Notes: generated by a model from the letters alone, not told the origin. A stretch of 64,000 nucleotides of DNA from a virus (IMGVR_UViG_3300034127_000032:2587-66586); one strand, 5' to 3'; counted from the first letter of the stretch, positions 43,642 to 53,804 are shown. A program made the numbers and translations.

Positions 43642-44087
43642 AAAGCAAACTTGAACAGCACGCAGAAATTTTGCGTCAGCTAGACGGTACAAATACTGAT
43701 CTAGGCTGGTTCGAGAATGCTACTTATCCAACGGGTGAAAGCGTTGCTGCTGTAATGATGTCAAACGAATTTGGTAGTGCTGGTTCGGCGACAAAAGCCC
43801 CTACCCCGGCACGTCCGTTGCTACGTCAAACTGCAGCAGTGTTAGACGAAAAAGTTCCGGCTTACATCGAGCGCCGTAAAATGGAAATGATGGAGGGCAA
43901 GTTAACAGTGCCTGAATACCGTAAAAAACTTGGTGAAGCAATGGTTGCGGCCGGTCTTGAGACCCTCAAAAAAGGAGACTTTGAGAAAAACGCAGAGTCT
44001 ACTGTTAAGCAAAAAGGTTTTGATAAGCCGCTTGTTGACACTGGTTTGCTTGGGCAGTCTCTTACGTACAGGAATGATGCAGAATGA
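43638..44087 (+). CDS. Neck/tail-completion protein
   Basis: GWFE.ATYP.G..VAAV...EFG...PARPLLR...KGFDKPLVDTG.L. Confidence 0.8.
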   Translation: MKSKLEQHAEILRQLDGTNTDLGWFENATYPTGESVAAVMMSNEFGSAGSATKAPTPARPLLRQTAAVLDEKVPAYIERRKMEMMEGKLTVPEYRKKLGEAMVAAGLETLKKGDFEKNAESTVKQKGFDKPLVDTGLLGQSLTYRNDAE

Positions 44088-44464
44088 CCAGCGGAGTACC
44101 AGGCTCTAACCTGCTAGAAGACGCGTTTGAAGCCATTGAAACAATGGAAGTGCTCGTACGTCATCAAGGCGAACGAGTTAAAAACGCTGTTGGGCAGTAT
44201 GTAACTCCGTTTGAAGAACCTGTAGCGTTTGAAGGAAGCGTACAAGCTGTCAATAGAACTGCATACCAGCAACTTGGTTTAGACTTCAGCAAAAAATATG
44301 TGACTATCTACTTGTGCGCAGACGTTCATAGTTTTACCCGTAATACCTCGGGTGACAGAATAACTGTTGGTACAAAGAATTTCGAAATTGTAAGTGACTT
44401 GGACTGGTTTGAAATAGACGGCTGGGTAGGTCTTTTGTGTGTTCAGCTGGTGCTGCCAATATGA
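44084..44464 (+). CDS. Head closure protein
   Basis: VPGSNLL...GSVQAV....YQQLGLDFSK.YV...DW. Confidence 0.75.
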   Translation: MTSGVPGSNLLEDAFEAIETMEVLVRHQGERVKNAVGQYVTPFEEPVAFEGSVQAVNRTAYQQLGLDFSKKYVTIYLCADVHSFTRNTSGDRITVGTKNFEIVSDLDWFEIDGWVGLLCVQLVLPI

Positions 44465-45012
44465 CAGACAACGATATTATAGCAAAAGTCATAGAGCTGC
44501 TAAACGCCAAGTTTGCTGTCTGGCCGTACCCTGTGGGCTATGGTCCAGTGGAAGTGCAGCAGAAGCAGCAGCCAACCAAACAAGGCATTCCGTCTGCTCC
44601 AGCAGTGTTTGTAGAAAAGCTATTTGACCGCCGGTATGGCTGGACAGCTATTTTGCAGGAAGAAACCTCTGACCCAACTAAGCTACTAGAGTCTGAAAAC
44701 CAGCTGTACAACACTACGTTCCAAATTTCTGCTTTAGCGCTGCAGGACCCCAGCCGAATTGACTTGCCCACAGCTAGCGACCTTTGTAGCGACGCTTGCG
44801 CAATTTTGCAAAGTCGTTACGCACTTCAGGAATTTACTGCAGCAAAAATTGCAGTGTTCCGTGTTTCTGATGTGCAAAACAACTACGTGACTGACGATCA
44901 AGACCGTCAGGAGGCAGAACCTTCCTTTGATATAGTGCTTAGCTACACAAGGACTATTGCTTCACCGATCGATAAAATCTCTCGCGTAGACGCCATTTTC
45001 GAGCGAGTATAA
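44461..45012 (+). CDS. Tail terminator/completion protein
   Basis: QQPTKQG...TTFQISAL...LPTASDL...F. Confidence 0.75.
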   Translation: MTDNDIIAKVIELLNAKFAVWPYPVGYGPVEVQQKQQPTKQGIPSAPAVFVEKLFDRRYGWTAILQEETSDPTKLLESENQLYNTTFQISALALQDPSRIDLPTASDLCSDACAILQSRYALQEFTAAKIAVFRVSDVQNNYVTDDQDRQEAEPSFDIVLSYTRTIASPIDKISRVDAIFERV

Positions 45013-45037
45013 CATTCCCTATGGAGGGATATAAAGC

Positions 45038-46561
45038 ATGACTATTTCCATTACTCGCTACGTAGATATTACGTCGGGCGTAGGCGGTGAAGCCGGTGTG
45101 ACTCGCCGTGAACTTGGTTTGCGCCAATTCACACAAAATCCACTTGTGCCTGCTGGTACAGTTGTTTCTTTTAGCCAGCTGACTGATGTACAAAACTATT
45201 TTGGTACTGCTGCTGACGAGTATAAAGCCGCAGAAAAGTATTTTGGCTTTGTTTCGAAGCAAGTTGCTAGCCCAAAGAGTATGTCGGTTGTACGCTGGCA
45301 TCCGGCCGCTATTGCCCCAGCCGTATACGGCTCGCCTATCACCGTAGGAGCTAGTGCATTTGCTGTAATTGCAGCTGGCACATTAGCCATTAGCGTATCA
45401 GGTACCGAGGCTGCCGAGTTTACTGGAATTGATTTCAGCACAGTAGCCACAATGGCAGATGTGGCAACAGTACTGCAGACCAAAATTCGTACCTCTGCCC
45501 TGCCTCAATTGGCAACTGCAACAGTACTGTATGAAACAAACCGAGGTGCGCTAATACTCACTGGGGCAGTTGCAACTCCGGGCGATACACTTGTGCTTGA
45601 AAATTCAGGCGTAGACGACCTAGGCGCAATGACTGGCTGGCTGACGGGTCTTCAAACAAACCAAACTGGCGCTGCTGGAGCGACTGCTCAAGTGGCTGTT
45701 GCCACCAGCGCAGATGGCGACGATAACTTTGGCTCGTTTGAGTTTACTGGTACCGTTGTGCCTTCTACCTTGCCAGTAGTTAAAGATATTGCAGCTTGGA
45801 ACCACGCGCAAAATGTTAAGTTCATTTACTGCCTGGCAGTTAGCAGTGCAGTAGGCGCCGCTTACTCACAAGCGCTTATTGGCTACAGCGGTACCGCGCT
45901 AACCCTGCTGGCAGCTGGTGATGACGGCAGCGACCACCCAGAGCAGATTCCTGCTGAAATTCTGGGCGCTACTAACTTTAACCGTCCTGCGGCTTCTCAG
46001 AACTACATGTTCTATCAGTTTAGTAACCGCCTATTTGCGGTAGATAGTAACCCCGGCGCAGATACCTGGGACGCTTTGCGAATAAACTATATTGGTCGTA
46101 CGCAGACTGGCGGCCAAAAACTTGCCTTTTACCAAAAAGGTTACTTGATGGGAGGATCTACTGCGCCCATCGACATGGCTGTTTACACCGGCGAGATGTG
46201 GTTGAAAGACGCATTTGTTAGTACCATTATGGGCGGTTTTTTGGCGCTGCCTAGCTGGTCAGCAAATGCAGACGGCCGTATCACGCTGCTTAGTCTCATG
46301 CAAGACCCGATCGACCAAGCGCTGTCCAACGGCGTTATTTCTGTTGACAAAGAGTTTGATGCCACCCAAAAGGCCTACATCACGCAAGTCACGGGCAGTT
46401 CAGACGCCTGGCGCCAGGTTCAATCCAAAGGTTACTGGCTTGATGCAGCTATTGTTAAAACAGTTGAAAACGGCGTAACCACCTACACTGCGGAGTACAT
46501 TTTTATCTACGGTAAAAATGACCAAATCCGCAAAGTTACTGGTAGCGACATCCTGATCTAA
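45038..46561 (+). CDS. Tail sheath protein (DUF3383)
   Basis: ISITRYVDITSGVG...YFG...EY..A.KYF...NFGSF...RINYIGRTQT.G. Confidence 0.9.
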   Translation: MTISITRYVDITSGVGGEAGVTRRELGLRQFTQNPLVPAGTVVSFSQLTDVQNYFGTAADEYKAAEKYFGFVSKQVASPKSMSVVRWHPAAIAPAVYGSPITVGASAFAVIAAGTLAISVSGTEAAEFTGIDFSTVATMADVATVLQTKIRTSALPQLATATVLYETNRGALILTGAVATPGDTLVLENSGVDDLGAMTGWLTGLQTNQTGAAGATAQVAVATSADGDDNFGSFEFTGTVVPSTLPVVKDIAAWNHAQNVKFIYCLAVSSAVGAAYSQALIGYSGTALTLLAAGDDGSDHPEQIPAEILGATNFNRPAASQNYMFYQFSNRLFAVDSNPGADTWDALRINYIGRTQTGGQKLAFYQKGYLMGGSTAPIDMAVYTGEMWLKDAFVSTIMGGFLALPSWSANADGRITLLSLMQDPIDQALSNGVISVDKEFDATQKAYITQVTGSSDAWRQVQSKGYWLDAAIVKTVENGVTTYTAEYIFIYGKNDQIRKVTGSDILI

Positions 46562-46608
46562 CCCTCAAGCCCACAGGTGACCTGTGGGCAACTTAAGGTG
46601 AAAGCAAT

Positions 46609-47064
46609 ATGAGTACAAATATTTCGCTGTTTGGGTTTAGCGTGCGTATTGTCGCTGACCGAACTTTTCCGCAAGGCTTTACTATTACTGAGTGGGCTGA
46701 TGACCAGCCGCCCATCGATAGCTCCAACATCGAAACAGCGGGTTTTGGTATAGGACCTAATGGCGACATGGTAGTTTGGCAAAAGCCTGCTGCCATACAG
46801 GCTAGTTACTCTGTGATTCCAAACTCTGAGGCCGACCGTAACCTGTCGATCCTTCATGAAGCCAACCGCATCAGTAAAGTCAAAGGCATTGTGCCGATGG
46901 ATAAAGTAACTGCAACTGCTGTTTACCAAGACGGCCGTGTAGTTACCCTGAGCCAGGGTATCTCACACAGTGGGCCGGCTGCACCAGCAGGCTCGCAAGA
47001 TGGTCGGTTGTCTAGCCGTACTTTTGGTTTTGTTTTTGAAGACCGCAACGAAACACGGCCGTAA
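46609..47064 (+). CDS. Tail tube protein (DUF3277-like)
   Basis: ADRTFPQGFTITEWADD..P.D...G.G.NGDMVVW...VIPNS. Confidence 0.85.
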   Translation: MSTNISLFGFSVRIVADRTFPQGFTITEWADDQPPIDSSNIETAGFGIGPNGDMVVWQKPAAIQASYSVIPNSEADRNLSILHEANRISKVKGIVPMDKVTATAVYQDGRVVTLSQGISHSGPAAPAGSQDGRLSSRTFGFVFEDRNETRP

Positions 47065-47076
47065 GCAACTGCTAGT

Positions 47077-47106
47077 AAAAAGCCCGGCTAGTTCGGGCTT
47101 TTTATT
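47077..47106 (+). terminator. Rho-independent terminator
   Basis: AAAAAGCCCG-gctagtt-CGGGCTTTTT. Confidence 0.85.
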
Positions 47107-47114
47107 ACCTGGTA

Positions 47115-47144
47115 TTTACTAAGGATGAAACCCTACAGTATAAT
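47115..47144 (+). promoter_or_regulatory. sigma70-type promoter of the baseplate operon
   Basis: TTTACT-18-TATAAT. Confidence 0.6.
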
Positions 47145-47167
47145 GCTAGGATTAATGGAGTCTTCTT

Positions 47168-47461
47168 GTGAAAAAAATTCCGCTTCGAGCTGTGCCAAAT
47201 CAAACGCTGACGTGTACGCTTGGCAAAAAGCTGTTTGACATAACAGTTCAGCTCGGTGCGTCCGGTGGAACTTTACTGTCTGTGACTGTTGATGGTGTGG
47301 TGTTATTTAGTTCGTTGCTATCAGTTCGTGGCGCACAAATGATGATTGCGCCCTTCGCAGCGCAGTACGGTAATCTGGTATGGATTTGTGCTGACGGCGA
47401 TAGCTACCCAGCTTACACAAAGTTTGGAACTACACATGGGCTGTATTGGTGGCCGCTATGA
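47168..47461 (+). CDS. Baseplate plug-like protein
   Basis: IPL.AVPNQTL...P.YTKFG.TH.L. Confidence 0.7.
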   Translation: MKKIPLRAVPNQTLTCTLGKKLFDITVQLGASGGTLLSVTVDGVVLFSSLLSVRGAQMMIAPFAAQYGNLVWICADGDSYPAYTKFGTTHGLYWWPL

Positions 47462-48153
47462 AGAGTGGACCGCTAGTAAAAAGTCCTGGCGATGACCAAT
47501 CTCTCGCGTCTACTCTGCGCTTTATTCAGCGCGCCATTGAAATGGATATGGAAAACTGCTTACCATGCCGCGTAATGGCCTATGACCGTGAGGCTAATCG
47601 TGCTACTGTAAGACCCGCTATTATGTCCACTGTACGCTCAACGGTGTCGACTGACTTAATTAGAAAAAATAGGGTGGAATATCCGGACATTCCGGTATTG
47701 AGTCTTGGCGCTGGCGGTTTTCATATTAGTTTTCCAGTAAAGAAAGGCGACTTGGGCTGGATATACGCTTGCGATCGTGATATCTCACTATTTCTTCAGT
47801 CGCTTACTGAACAGCCTGCCGGACTTGACGGACCTAGCCATAAGTTTAGTGATGCCATTTTTATACCTGACGTGTTTAGTAAGTACAATATCAACGAAGA
47901 AGACGAAGGCGCATTAGTAATACAATCCACTTCATCAGCGACACGTATAAGTATACGTGAAGATAATATAAAAATCACTGCGCCAGTTAAGGTGCAGCTA
48001 GACACTCCTTTGACAGAAATTTTACACGACCTAACAGTTAGTGGCAATTTGAGTGTAGCAGGCCCGACCGCTATACTACCGCAAGCTACCACTGTGGGTG
48101 GAGCAACAGTCTACGGGCATACTCACGGAGGGGCGGTTCCGCCTTTCAGCTAA
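47458..48153 (+). CDS. Baseplate central spike (Gp138-like)
   Basis: CLPCRV..YD...NRATV.P...FPVK.GD.GW...DRDIS...H.FSDAIFIP...HTHGG. Confidence 0.88.
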   Translation: MKSGPLVKSPGDDQSLASTLRFIQRAIEMDMENCLPCRVMAYDREANRATVRPAIMSTVRSTVSTDLIRKNRVEYPDIPVLSLGAGGFHISFPVKKGDLGWIYACDRDISLFLQSLTEQPAGLDGPSHKFSDAIFIPDVFSKYNINEEDEGALVIQSTSSATRISIREDNIKITAPVKVQLDTPLTEILHDLTVSGNLSVAGPTAILPQATTVGGATVYGHTHGGAVPPFS

Positions 48154-48626
48154 TGGCAAATAAAGTGCACAGCATTGACGGAATAGAATTTCGTTTTACA
48201 AAAATACCTGCAGTGCCTGCAAGAGAGCTGCTTTCAGGCATGCAGGCGGACTTTGATGTGCTGCGCCCATATATTGAGGTTACTACAGCTGAAGGTTGGG
48301 TAGCGCTTGATAGTAAGGTAACCATAGAAAAGCATATTAGGTCGTGGGAAACACTTACTACAGCAGAGTTATTTGCTTACGACTACAACTACGGGTTTTT
48401 AGCTACTTGGAAGCCAACCCCGCTTCCTGCAAAAATGGAAGAAAGTTCATATAGAGTAGCTGAAACTAAAAATGTTGACGCAGCTGTTTCTGCTTTGATA
48501 ACAAATGGTATGGCAAATTATGAACAGTTGCGTGACACGTATTCTCTAGAAGAAGCGTTTAAGCTACTAGATGTTTTAACTGTCAAAAAAATTAATGAAT
48601 TTCGCGCAGCAGAGGCCTCCAAATGA
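48153..48626 (+). CDS. Tail assembly chaperone-like protein 1
   Basis: FRFTKIPAV.ARE...W.TL...YNYGFL, then ANYEQLRDTYSLEEAF. Confidence 0.6.
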   Translation: MANKVHSIDGIEFRFTKIPAVPARELLSGMQADFDVLRPYIEVTTAEGWVALDSKVTIEKHIRSWETLTTAELFAYDYNYGFLATWKPTPLPAKMEESSYRVAETKNVDAAVSALITNGMANYEQLRDTYSLEEAFKLLDVLTVKKINEFRAAEASK

Positions 48627-49021
48627 AAGAAGTTTATGTGCCCACAGGCGATGGTAAAACTGTTCTTACTTTTAACGTGCATAAGTTTAGCCCGCTGGAT
48701 GGCCGAAAGATTCTCGCTTACTACCCGCTATCAATCTTGAATAAAGAGCATACTTATAATAGCAACGAAGCTGCTATGCGTAAGCTAATGGCTTATTGCT
48801 CGGTGGGTAAAGAAGAAGAAGAGCAAGTCCACCTTGTGGACGATGCGCTAATTAACGAGCATGTGCCAGACTGGTGGACGTTGGTGCAGCTCGAATATGC
48901 TTGCCTGAAGTATAACTGTTCTTTTCTTGAAGGTACAGACTTACTTGCAGTTGCAAAAGCGAGCATGACAAATGCCCTCAAAGGACTTGTTGCAGACCAC
49001 TTGGAGCGCCTTAGCAAATGA
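48623..49021 (+). CDS. Tail assembly chaperone-like protein 2
   Basis: KFSPLDGRKI...LINEHVPDWWTL..LE...YNCSFL. Confidence 0.65.
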   Translation: MKEVYVPTGDGKTVLTFNVHKFSPLDGRKILAYYPLSILNKEHTYNSNEAAMRKLMAYCSVGKEEEEQVHLVDDALINEHVPDWWTLVQLEYACLKYNCSFLEGTDLLAVAKASMTNALKGLVADHLERLSK

Positions 49022-49374
49022 GCACTTTGACGCTGGCAATGGACGGTAACCGAGACTTGTTCATGAACCGCTTTAGCAACATAGAAACTAAAGTTGATGA
49101 AGAAGCGATGGCAGACTACTTGACCCAGCGTCTTTCATCTCTTGTTGGAGAGTTCAGGTTTAATAAACAGCGTGGCATTTCGTATATGACAACTGTATAC
49201 ACTTCAGGCAAAGAAGGTATTCCGGCTCTTCGTGCAAGTATTATTGCGGCGCTGTCCGCTGAAGCGACAGTAGCCGGTATTTCTTATTTAAATATGGCCC
49301 AGACTGACGATAGCCTTGTGTTTGAGCTTAGTGTTGCAACCATTTACGGCCAAGTATACTTACTGCGGGTGTAG
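49018..49374 (+). CDS. Baseplate wedge protein (gp25-like)
   Basis: GEFRFN...GI.Y...V...V.TIYG. Confidence 0.7.
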   Translation: MSTLTLAMDGNRDLFMNRFSNIETKVDEEAMADYLTQRLSSLVGEFRFNKQRGISYMTTVYTSGKEGIPALRASIIAALSAEATVAGISYLNMAQTDDSLVFELSVATIYGQVYLLRV

Positions 49375-49376
49375 TC

Positions 49377-49994
49377 ATGCTAGACTTTGTTACAGGCATA
49401 GTAGCATCCGCAAAAGAAAAATTTGCAGATGCAAAATCATTTTTACAAGGGCTATTTGAGGGTCAAGTACGCCATGGCGTTTTTGATAATGAAGGCGTAA
49501 CCAACATCTTTCCGAATGTTGGTATCCTGAATGTCGATATCATTAGGGATAAAACAGTTGCAAGTCACCCTCTTGAAATAAACGTGTATCAGCAAGACAA
49601 CATTGTAGTGAACCCAATAGTCATTACTGTTACGCTTGCTGCGGAATCAGAAGAGGTAGACAATCTTTATAATACGTTAGAGCAACTCTACGCTTCGGAC
49701 ACTGTGCTACTTAGCGTGATGTGCGACAACAGACTATATACCAATATGGTCTTGCAGTCTTTACCAATTCGCCGTGATCCTAGCAAATACGACTTGCTAG
49801 AAGTCCCTATCGTTCTGCACGAATTCATCTACCGTAGAACGCGTGTGACGCTCATGAGCAGCCCTGAAAACGTAGGCTTAGCAGAATACTCAGACCGCCA
49901 AAAAGCTGGCCTGGTACAGCCTCAGACGGTCTCAGGCGCAGATGAGATAAGCGTGCAGTCTCAAAAAACGGTAGTGCCAGGGAGTACAAACTAA
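49377..49994 (+). CDS. Baseplate/tube-initiator protein
   Basis: HPLE...QDNIV.NP..I...YTNMVLQSLP. Confidence 0.7.
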   Translation: MLDFVTGIVASAKEKFADAKSFLQGLFEGQVRHGVFDNEGVTNIFPNVGILNVDIIRDKTVASHPLEINVYQQDNIVVNPIVITVTLAAESEEVDNLYNTLEQLYASDTVLLSVMCDNRLYTNMVLQSLPIRRDPSKYDLLEVPIVLHEFIYRRTRVTLMSSPENVGLAEYSDRQKAGLVQPQTVSGADEISVQSQKTVVPGSTN

Positions 49995-50512
49995 TGATTC
50001 AAATCGGCACGTCTGGGCTATTTGCCTACTTGATTGCGTCAAAAACAATGCCTATTGGTTTTTCAATTAAAACATTCGCAGATGATGCAGACAGCATACA
50101 AGTTCATGAGGCAGAAAACGGCCAAGCAATACTTGATCTTAATGGCAAAGTAATACGCTGGACAGTCGCAAATCCACTTGTAGTTAGTTTAGCGGTTATG
50201 CCCAATACTACGGAGGATGATATTCTTGCAGTTATTTATAACGCTAACAGAGTATCAAAAACATCCAAGTCAGTCAATGACAGTATTAACCTAATGGTTA
50301 AATTTCCAAATGGCGGCATACGTACTTTTGTGCAGGGTCGAATGGTCTCAGGCCCGTCCTCATATACAGCTACTGCCGAAGGCCGGTTGGTTGGTAATGT
50401 TTATACCTTTGCTTTTGGTGACCAGTACGCCCTTACCATCGCGGCAGTACTAAACACCATAGCAGGCCAGTTGGGCATTGGCGATAAAATTTCTGGCATA
50501 ACTGGACTATAA
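49994..50512 (+). CDS. Second tail-tube paralog
   Basis: Alignable by eye with 46609 (P.GF.I..FADD...NG..I.W...V.PN...NR.SK). Confidence 0.7.
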   Translation: MIQIGTSGLFAYLIASKTMPIGFSIKTFADDADSIQVHEAENGQAILDLNGKVIRWTVANPLVVSLAVMPNTTEDDILAVIYNANRVSKTSKSVNDSINLMVKFPNGGIRTFVQGRMVSGPSSYTATAEGRLVGNVYTFAFGDQYALTIAAVLNTIAGQLGIGDKISGITGL

Positions 50513-50513
50513 C

Positions 50514-50864
50514 ATGCTAATTGAACTTAACAGCAAACAATTTCGCTTGACTAAATTTCCGCCAATAGTAGGCCGTCGTCTCATGACAAAAGGCGTTGGT
50601 GTGCATGGAATTTTTTCAAGAAGCGTAGAAAGCTGGCTGCCTATTTTTGAGTTTGTTGAGGTAGGTCTTGGCCAAGACCAATGGATACCACTATCCACAA
50701 TAACAATGCTAAATAACCACGTGCCTAGCACTTTTCAGGCTGAGTTATTGACAGCTGTTTTACAGTTCAACTGTAGCGAAATCGATGGGCTAGTTAGCGG
50801 CCCCACAGTGAACGACGCACTGTGGGCAGAAGTGTACGACGCTGTAGCGGAGGCTTTTAAATAA
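50514..50864 (+). CDS. Tail assembly chaperone-like protein 3
   Basis: FRLTKFPPIVGRRL...WIPL...NNHVP...FNCS. Confidence 0.55.
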   Translation: MLIELNSKQFRLTKFPPIVGRRLMTKGVGVHGIFSRSVESWLPIFEFVEVGLGQDQWIPLSTITMLNNHVPSTFQAELLTAVLQFNCSEIDGLVSGPTVNDALWAEVYDAVAEAFK

Positions 50865-52813
50865 TGGGCGTTTTAAACACTTTTTTTCTTCGCTACCGTG
50901 CGGATACAGGTCAAGCCGTAAAGGATATTGAAAAACTTTCTACAGCCGAACAAAAAGAGGCAAAAGTACATAAGACAAATGCTGAACAGCGAAAAAAAGA
51001 TTCTGCCATCACGCAGGAGACCATGAAAAAAACCACCGAGTCTTCTAAAAAGCTAGGTGAAAGCTTAACGCAGTTAAGCGAAGGCGGCACTAATAAGCTG
51101 GGTGCCCTCAGAGCAGCTTCTAGCACTTTTTCAGAAGCTCTTGGCTCAATAGGCGCGTCTGGCGCTATTGCGGCTGTTGGCATTGGCGCAGTTGTTGCTG
51201 CTATTGCAGTAGCTAACTCAGGTATTGACGATGCGCGTATAGCCGCCAAAGAGGCAATTGAACTTGGCGAAAAAGCGTTTGACGCGCGCCTAGCCCAAGG
51301 CGAACTTATTCGTCTACAGGGCCAAGGTCGGACTCGTGGTGTTAGCGACGATACTACCTCACAGTCAGCTAAAGGCGTTTACGACCGAGTGTCTGAAATA
51401 CGAGCAGCCCAACGCCAAGCGGCTCGAGACCCAGCTTCTGCTTTTAACAACCCGCTTATTAAACAAGCCAACCTGTGGAAGAAAGCAGGTGTAGACGTTG
51501 CTGCTGGTCTTGAGAAACAAATGACTCAGCAGGATAAGTATTTACGCGGTCTTAAAGACGCTGGACAAGAAGAGCGCGCGCTAGTAGAAGGTACGCAGCT
51601 GTTCGGCCGGACACTTGCTGACGTTAAGTCTGTTCTGTCCACCACGCAAAAGCAAATGGACGAAAACGCTCTTGCAATGGCAAAAGAGTCTCAAGTCCGT
51701 AGAAGTTTACAAACATCTTCTGAAAGCTTGTCTAGCTCAGAAAATAAGCTAGAAGCAGCGCGTAAGCGTAATGACGAAAGAGTACGGCAGTACACAGTTC
51801 CAGCTACTGATGCTTTTACAAAGGCTCTTACCGAGTGGGAAACTGCTGTTGGCCCGCTAAAAGATGCGTGGGGCGAATTTGTAGCGTACCTTATAAAGGG
51901 TATGGCTGAATTGCTAGAAGGCGCAACAAGCTTCCTAAGAAAAACAGGTATTATTGACGATAATAGAACACCTGAGGCTAAAATAGAGGAACAAGTTAAG
52001 GCAAAAGTTATGCTTAACGAGGACCTTTACGGCCGTATGAAAGGCCAAATAAAACCTGGTGAAGAAGGATTTGAGGCAGCCAAAGCTGCTTTTCTTAAAG
52101 ATATTGCAGACAAAGAACGCGCGCGTCTTACCGGTCCAGCGAACGAAGCTGAGGCGGCGCGTAAAGCCGGCCTTGCTAGTACCGCAAACCAAGCGGCAAA
52201 AGACCTTGTTGCAAGCGGCAAAATGACTGAAGCAGAGGCAGCCGCAGCAGCAAAAGTTGCTATTAGTCAAGGAGAAAAAGATCCTAGCGTCAGTAAGTTA
52301 GAAGACCTGAAAACCTTGATGACTGAAAGCAACGCTGCTCAAGCTGAAGAAGGTAAAGTACAAAAGGCCCAAACAGAATATACCAAAAAGATTGAGGCTA
52401 ACACAATGGCCCTTGTTAATACAGGCCTTGAGCAGGCAATGGCGCTGTGGGCTGCAAACGTTGGTAAGGGCGCTGGAGTTGGCTCAGGCTCAATGCAGGG
52501 CGAGACTCAGGCAGATTATGAAACGCGGGTTAGGGCAATGCAGCGTACCATCAACCCTAATGCTGCGACAAAAATGAGCATGGACCGCGCAGCAGTTGGC
52601 GCAATGTCTAGCCAAGCTGAACAGCTAAACAAGTCAAAAACTGCGAGCGGCGGTAATACCGACCAATCAAAAACTGTAAAAATTGATACCTTAAAGGTAG
52701 AGGTAATTAGCCAAGCGCAAGACGTAGCTGGCTTGGCACAAGACGTTGGTGTAAGTATTCGAGACGAGCTGCGCTACGCTGCAGCAGAATTTGCTAGCCC
52801 GGTGGTGAGCTAA
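50864..52813 (+). CDS. Tape measure protein
   Basis: Long, helical, Ala/Lys/Glu-rich; position; C-terminal DQSKTVKIDTLKVEV. Confidence 0.8.
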   Translation: MGVLNTFFLRYRADTGQAVKDIEKLSTAEQKEAKVHKTNAEQRKKDSAITQETMKKTTESSKKLGESLTQLSEGGTNKLGALRAASSTFSEALGSIGASGAIAAVGIGAVVAAIAVANSGIDDARIAAKEAIELGEKAFDARLAQGELIRLQGQGRTRGVSDDTTSQSAKGVYDRVSEIRAAQRQAARDPASAFNNPLIKQANLWKKAGVDVAAGLEKQMTQQDKYLRGLKDAGQEERALVEGTQLFGRTLADVKSVLSTTQKQMDENALAMAKESQVRRSLQTSSESLSSSENKLEAARKRNDERVRQYTVPATDAFTKALTEWETAVGPLKDAWGEFVAYLIKGMAELLEGATSFLRKTGIIDDNRTPEAKIEEQVKAKVMLNEDLYGRMKGQIKPGEEGFEAAKAAFLKDIADKERARLTGPANEAEAARKAGLASTANQAAKDLVASGKMTEAEAAAAAKVAISQGEKDPSVSKLEDLKTLMTESNAAQAEEGKVQKAQTEYTKKIEANTMALVNTGLEQAMALWAANVGKGAGVGSGSMQGETQADYETRVRAMQRTINPNAATKMSMDRAAVGAMSSQAEQLNKSKTASGGNTDQSKTVKIDTLKVEVISQAQDVAGLAQDVGVSIRDELRYAAAEFASPVVS

Positions 52814-53778
52814 TGGCCAATACAATGTATGTAGCTGATTTGCTGAACAAAGTAGACCAGCGCCGTTTGAGCCTTAGGATAGGCTCAGACACAATTGTGG
52901 AAGAGTTTACTGAGGAATTCTATATAACTTGTCGCACAAAGAAAAATGTGCTATCAGTACAGAACCAGTGTTCAATTTCTATTGATAACCTAACAGCAGA
53001 ACGCCGTAATTTTTTACTAGGCTATTTTACGCAGTGGGAAAGCCGCAACTACAGCCAACCGTTTATTCCAGTTGATGTGCGCATTGGCCGAGAAAGCACC
53101 GAAAGCCAACTAACAACTATTTTTCGTGGGGCCATACTTGAGACCAGTCTAGGCAATCCGCCAGACATTACGCTTGGTCTTAAGTGTATCACAAGTTTAA
53201 TTGACATGAATATAGCTAGTACAGGCTTTGTGTCCAATACGCTACCAAAGGTATCTACCCACAGGGAGTTGTGTCAGTGGGCAGCAGACTTGGTTAATAT
53301 GCCTTTGCGATATGAGGTCACAATACCTTTGCCTGCAGTATCTGCAAGTGCTCATGCAACTATTATTCAAAAGGCTTATAGCTTAACAGCAGTTGTAGGT
53401 ATGCTAGCAAACTTTCATAAAGATAAAGTTTGTGTGTTTGTTGACGATGGTGTTTTGATTGTTACCGAATGGGGCAAAGCATTACAGGGAGAAGTTGTAG
53501 AAGTTAGTGCAGCTAACTGGCTGATTGGTATTCCTACCATTACGCAGTGGGGCGTTCAGTTTACCACTTTAGCTGACGCGCCTATCCGGCTAGCAGGCGC
53601 AGTTAACCTTATTTCTGAGCTTAACCCGTCAGTCAACCAGCCTTGGGTAATGACACAAGTTGAATACGATATAACTTCACGCGACACCAGCTGGTATGCA
53701 ACTTGGTCAGGCTCGCCTAGTGCTGCAGCTCCGTCTGCTACTGAGCCAGTAGTTTACGAGGAGCTCAACATATGGTAA
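52813..53778 (+). CDS. Baseplate hub protein
   Basis: NQCSISIDNLT...TIFRGAI.....GNPPDI.L...IGIP..T..GV. Confidence 0.75.
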   Translation: MANTMYVADLLNKVDQRRLSLRIGSDTIVEEFTEEFYITCRTKKNVLSVQNQCSISIDNLTAERRNFLLGYFTQWESRNYSQPFIPVDVRIGRESTESQLTTIFRGAILETSLGNPPDITLGLKCITSLIDMNIASTGFVSNTLPKVSTHRELCQWAADLVNMPLRYEVTIPLPAVSASAHATIIQKAYSLTAVVGMLANFHKDKVCVFVDDGVLIVTEWGKALQGEVVEVSAANWLIGIPTITQWGVQFTTLADAPIRLAGAVNLISELNPSVNQPWVMTQVEYDITSRDTSWYATWSGSPSAAAPSATEPVVYEELNIW

Positions 53779-53804
53779 AATAATAGCATTCATTGGAGAT
53801 TTTT

